Assembly: GCA_002269645.1 (NCBI GenBank)
Contig: NIVC01001163.1
Span: forward strand, 62,001-126,000
Direction: 5' to 3'
Source: Macrostomum lignano
Taxonomy: Eukaryota
DNA: 64,000 bases
In this document: positions 62,100 to 64,000 of the stretch, in pieces
Layout: every line of letters begins with the position of its first letter
Numbering within the stretch: the first letter of the stretch is position 1
Notes under the pieces: generated by a model
Seen by the model: only the letters and a program-made list of their open reading frames with translations
What the model was told of the DNA's origin: nothing
The model's database searches: none
Made by a program: the position numbers and the translations under genes

Positions 62100-64000
62100 C
62101 AGCATCGACTAGATGAGTAAAAATAAAAAGCAGCAAGGACTAGATAATAGAGAGCTGCATGGACTAGATTTACATGGTTTTGGCGGCGAGATCTACTATC
62201 CTGCAGCCTTCTCCATCAGCTCGGTGAGTTTGACTAATGTGTCTAATGGGGGATCTGGGAGCTTATGGTTTCTCCAGGCTTGCTTTGGAGGGGGGATTTC
62301 GAATCCGTGGATGGCGTTAGCTATAACTTTTTGGTACCATTTGGTGGCTACCTTTTCTACCCTGGGCTTAACCATGGGTATGTTAGCTATTTTGTGCAGA
62401 TAGTTGATTCTGGTGAATTTGGGGGTATTGTAGCAGAGTCTGAGGTTGGTGTTTTGGATATGCTGGAGTTTGGTAAAGTTGGTGCTTCCCATGGACAGGA
62501 GAACTTGGGGGGCGTAGGTCATGTCACTCTCAATGTAAGCTCTGTACAGGAGTCTGAGGGTTCTGCTGGGGACCTTGGTTAGTCGGGCAATCCTCCTGAT
62601 CTGAAAGGTTCTGACCTCGCATTTATTGTGTATCTTTTGGACGTGTTGGTTAAGGCTGAGGTTTCTGTCCAAGGTGACCCCAAGCTGGAATGTAACGGAG
62701 TCTGTGTAGGGAATCTCTTCCCCATCGAGTTTAAGGGCTGGGGGTCGTGTCGAGGTCCGGATTTGCACCGATTGTCGTAGAATTTGACTGCCTGACTCTT
62801 TTTGGCATTAACTTTGATGCCGTACTTCCCCAGCCAGGGTTGAAGGTTTTCTATGTATTTTTGGAGATGCCCTGCGGCATACTTGGGGCTAATAGACCTG
62901 GCCCAAATGGCCATATCATCCGCATATTGACTAGTCTGGACGCAGGGACCCGAGGGTTTGGGCATCGTGCTAACATAGAGGTTAAAGAGGAGTGGGTTGA
63001 GGACCCCGCCCTGGGGGACCCCTGCCTGGGGGACGAAGACCTCACCCAGGCTCTCGCCCACCTTTACTATGATCCTTCTGTCATGCATGTAGCTGGATGT
63101 AATTCTGACTAGGGTACGTGGCATTTGTATTTCTGTGGTCCTGTGTCTGAGCATGTCATGCCTGACTGAGTCGAAGGCTGCCTCAACATCTAGGAATAGA
63201 CCCAAGTGTTTATAGTTTCTGTGTCTCTCTTCTTTGACATCTTGAACTAGTCGGAAAACATTGTCCGGGGCCCCGTGATAGGCGCGGTATGCACACTGGT
63301 TGCTGCCCAGGACCCCCTTCTCTTCCATCCACGGGATGAGTCTTTTTTTCTGGGCTGGCATCCCAGCGCGGTTTTATCCCCTGTTTTTATCTGGCCATAG
63401 TTGCCTCCAATTCTTCGGAGTTATGAGCTCTGCCCTCCCTGCCCGGTCCATCCTGCTCTGTCCTTGGTCCATCTGCTGGCTCCTCTGGTTGTCTCCCTGC
63501 CTAAGTGTCTCTGGCTCTCATCCTGACAGTGGATTGGTGTCCTGGGGAATGAGTTCGTCCCGAATCGGGGATACCGGCTGAGTTCGGGTCCTCTTGCTCC
63601 TTGTGCCCCTTCCTGACCCCTTGGCCTGGCCTCCAATATTGAGCTGGTTAGGTGACACCCTTGTGGCTTGCAGCCCTATAGGTAGTAGCAATATCCTGCC
63701 TGATAGGAGACTCGCCCTCGGAAACAAGCCTTCCAGACTCGCTCCAATAATTAAGCCATTTCCGTAGACTTCGGGGTTTCCCCGCTCTCGGACCGCTTTC
63801 AGTAGTAACCCAAGCTTTTTTCGCTTTTTCAATTTTTTTCTGCGCACTCCCGAAGATTTGTCTGCTGTGTGGTGGCCTGGGTGGACTCGGTCCTAGTACC
63901 GTCCCTGATTCCACTAATATTGGGTTGGCGGTGTCTTAGTCCATAAGGCTTGGGTTAGTAGCTCCAATACACCTTTTTCTCACCAGAGTCTTGAAATAAT
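62100..64000 (-). mobile_element. Non-LTR retrotransposon (Jockey/CR1-group-like) ORF2, frameshifted, running off the window end
   Basis: QCAYR...LFLDVEAAFDSV...AGVPQGGVLNPLLFNLY...QYADDMAIW (62579..63361) shifts near 62750 into YTDSVTFQLGVTLDRNL...LYRAYIES (62196..62768). Confidence 0.9.

Overview
Eukaryotic (animal) genomic DNA. GC-rich spliced exons, introns packed with minisatellites and very AT-rich, transposon-rich intergenic DNA suggest a free-living flatworm such as Macrostomum; this is inferred from style and was not confirmed by a search. Seven host genes can be assembled by hand with phase-consistent splice sites: twinfilin (-, 3 exons), a six-finger C2H2/C2HC zinc-finger protein (-, 2 exons), a GRHPR-like D-2-hydroxyacid dehydrogenase (-, 4 exons), G3BP/rasputin (+, 3 exons), TSG101/Vps23 (-, at least 3 exons), a PPM1H/J/M-type PP2C phosphatase (+, 9 exons) and EMC6 (+, single coding exon). 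Two of the 18 inferred introns need GC-AG donors. The rest is decayed non-LTR retrotransposons, a tRNA-derived CORE-like SINE, a dead Merlin (IS1595-like) transposon, several non-autonomous DNA elements with 8-bp or 3-bp target-site duplications (some nested), and about 18 unrelated tandem arrays. Best leads: (i) two intronic arrays whose sense-strand unit reads GT...CAG, giving chains of zero-length-exon AG|GT junctions (candidate recursive splicing); (ii) a retroposon fragment with a 63-bp flanking duplication; (iii) an unassigned ~100-bp motif in three diverged copies, two of them inverted around a promoter-like core; (iv) a Merlin transposase with five in-frame stops and no frameshift. No CRISPR array or prokaryotic system is present, and I cannot claim a proven new system from sequence alone.
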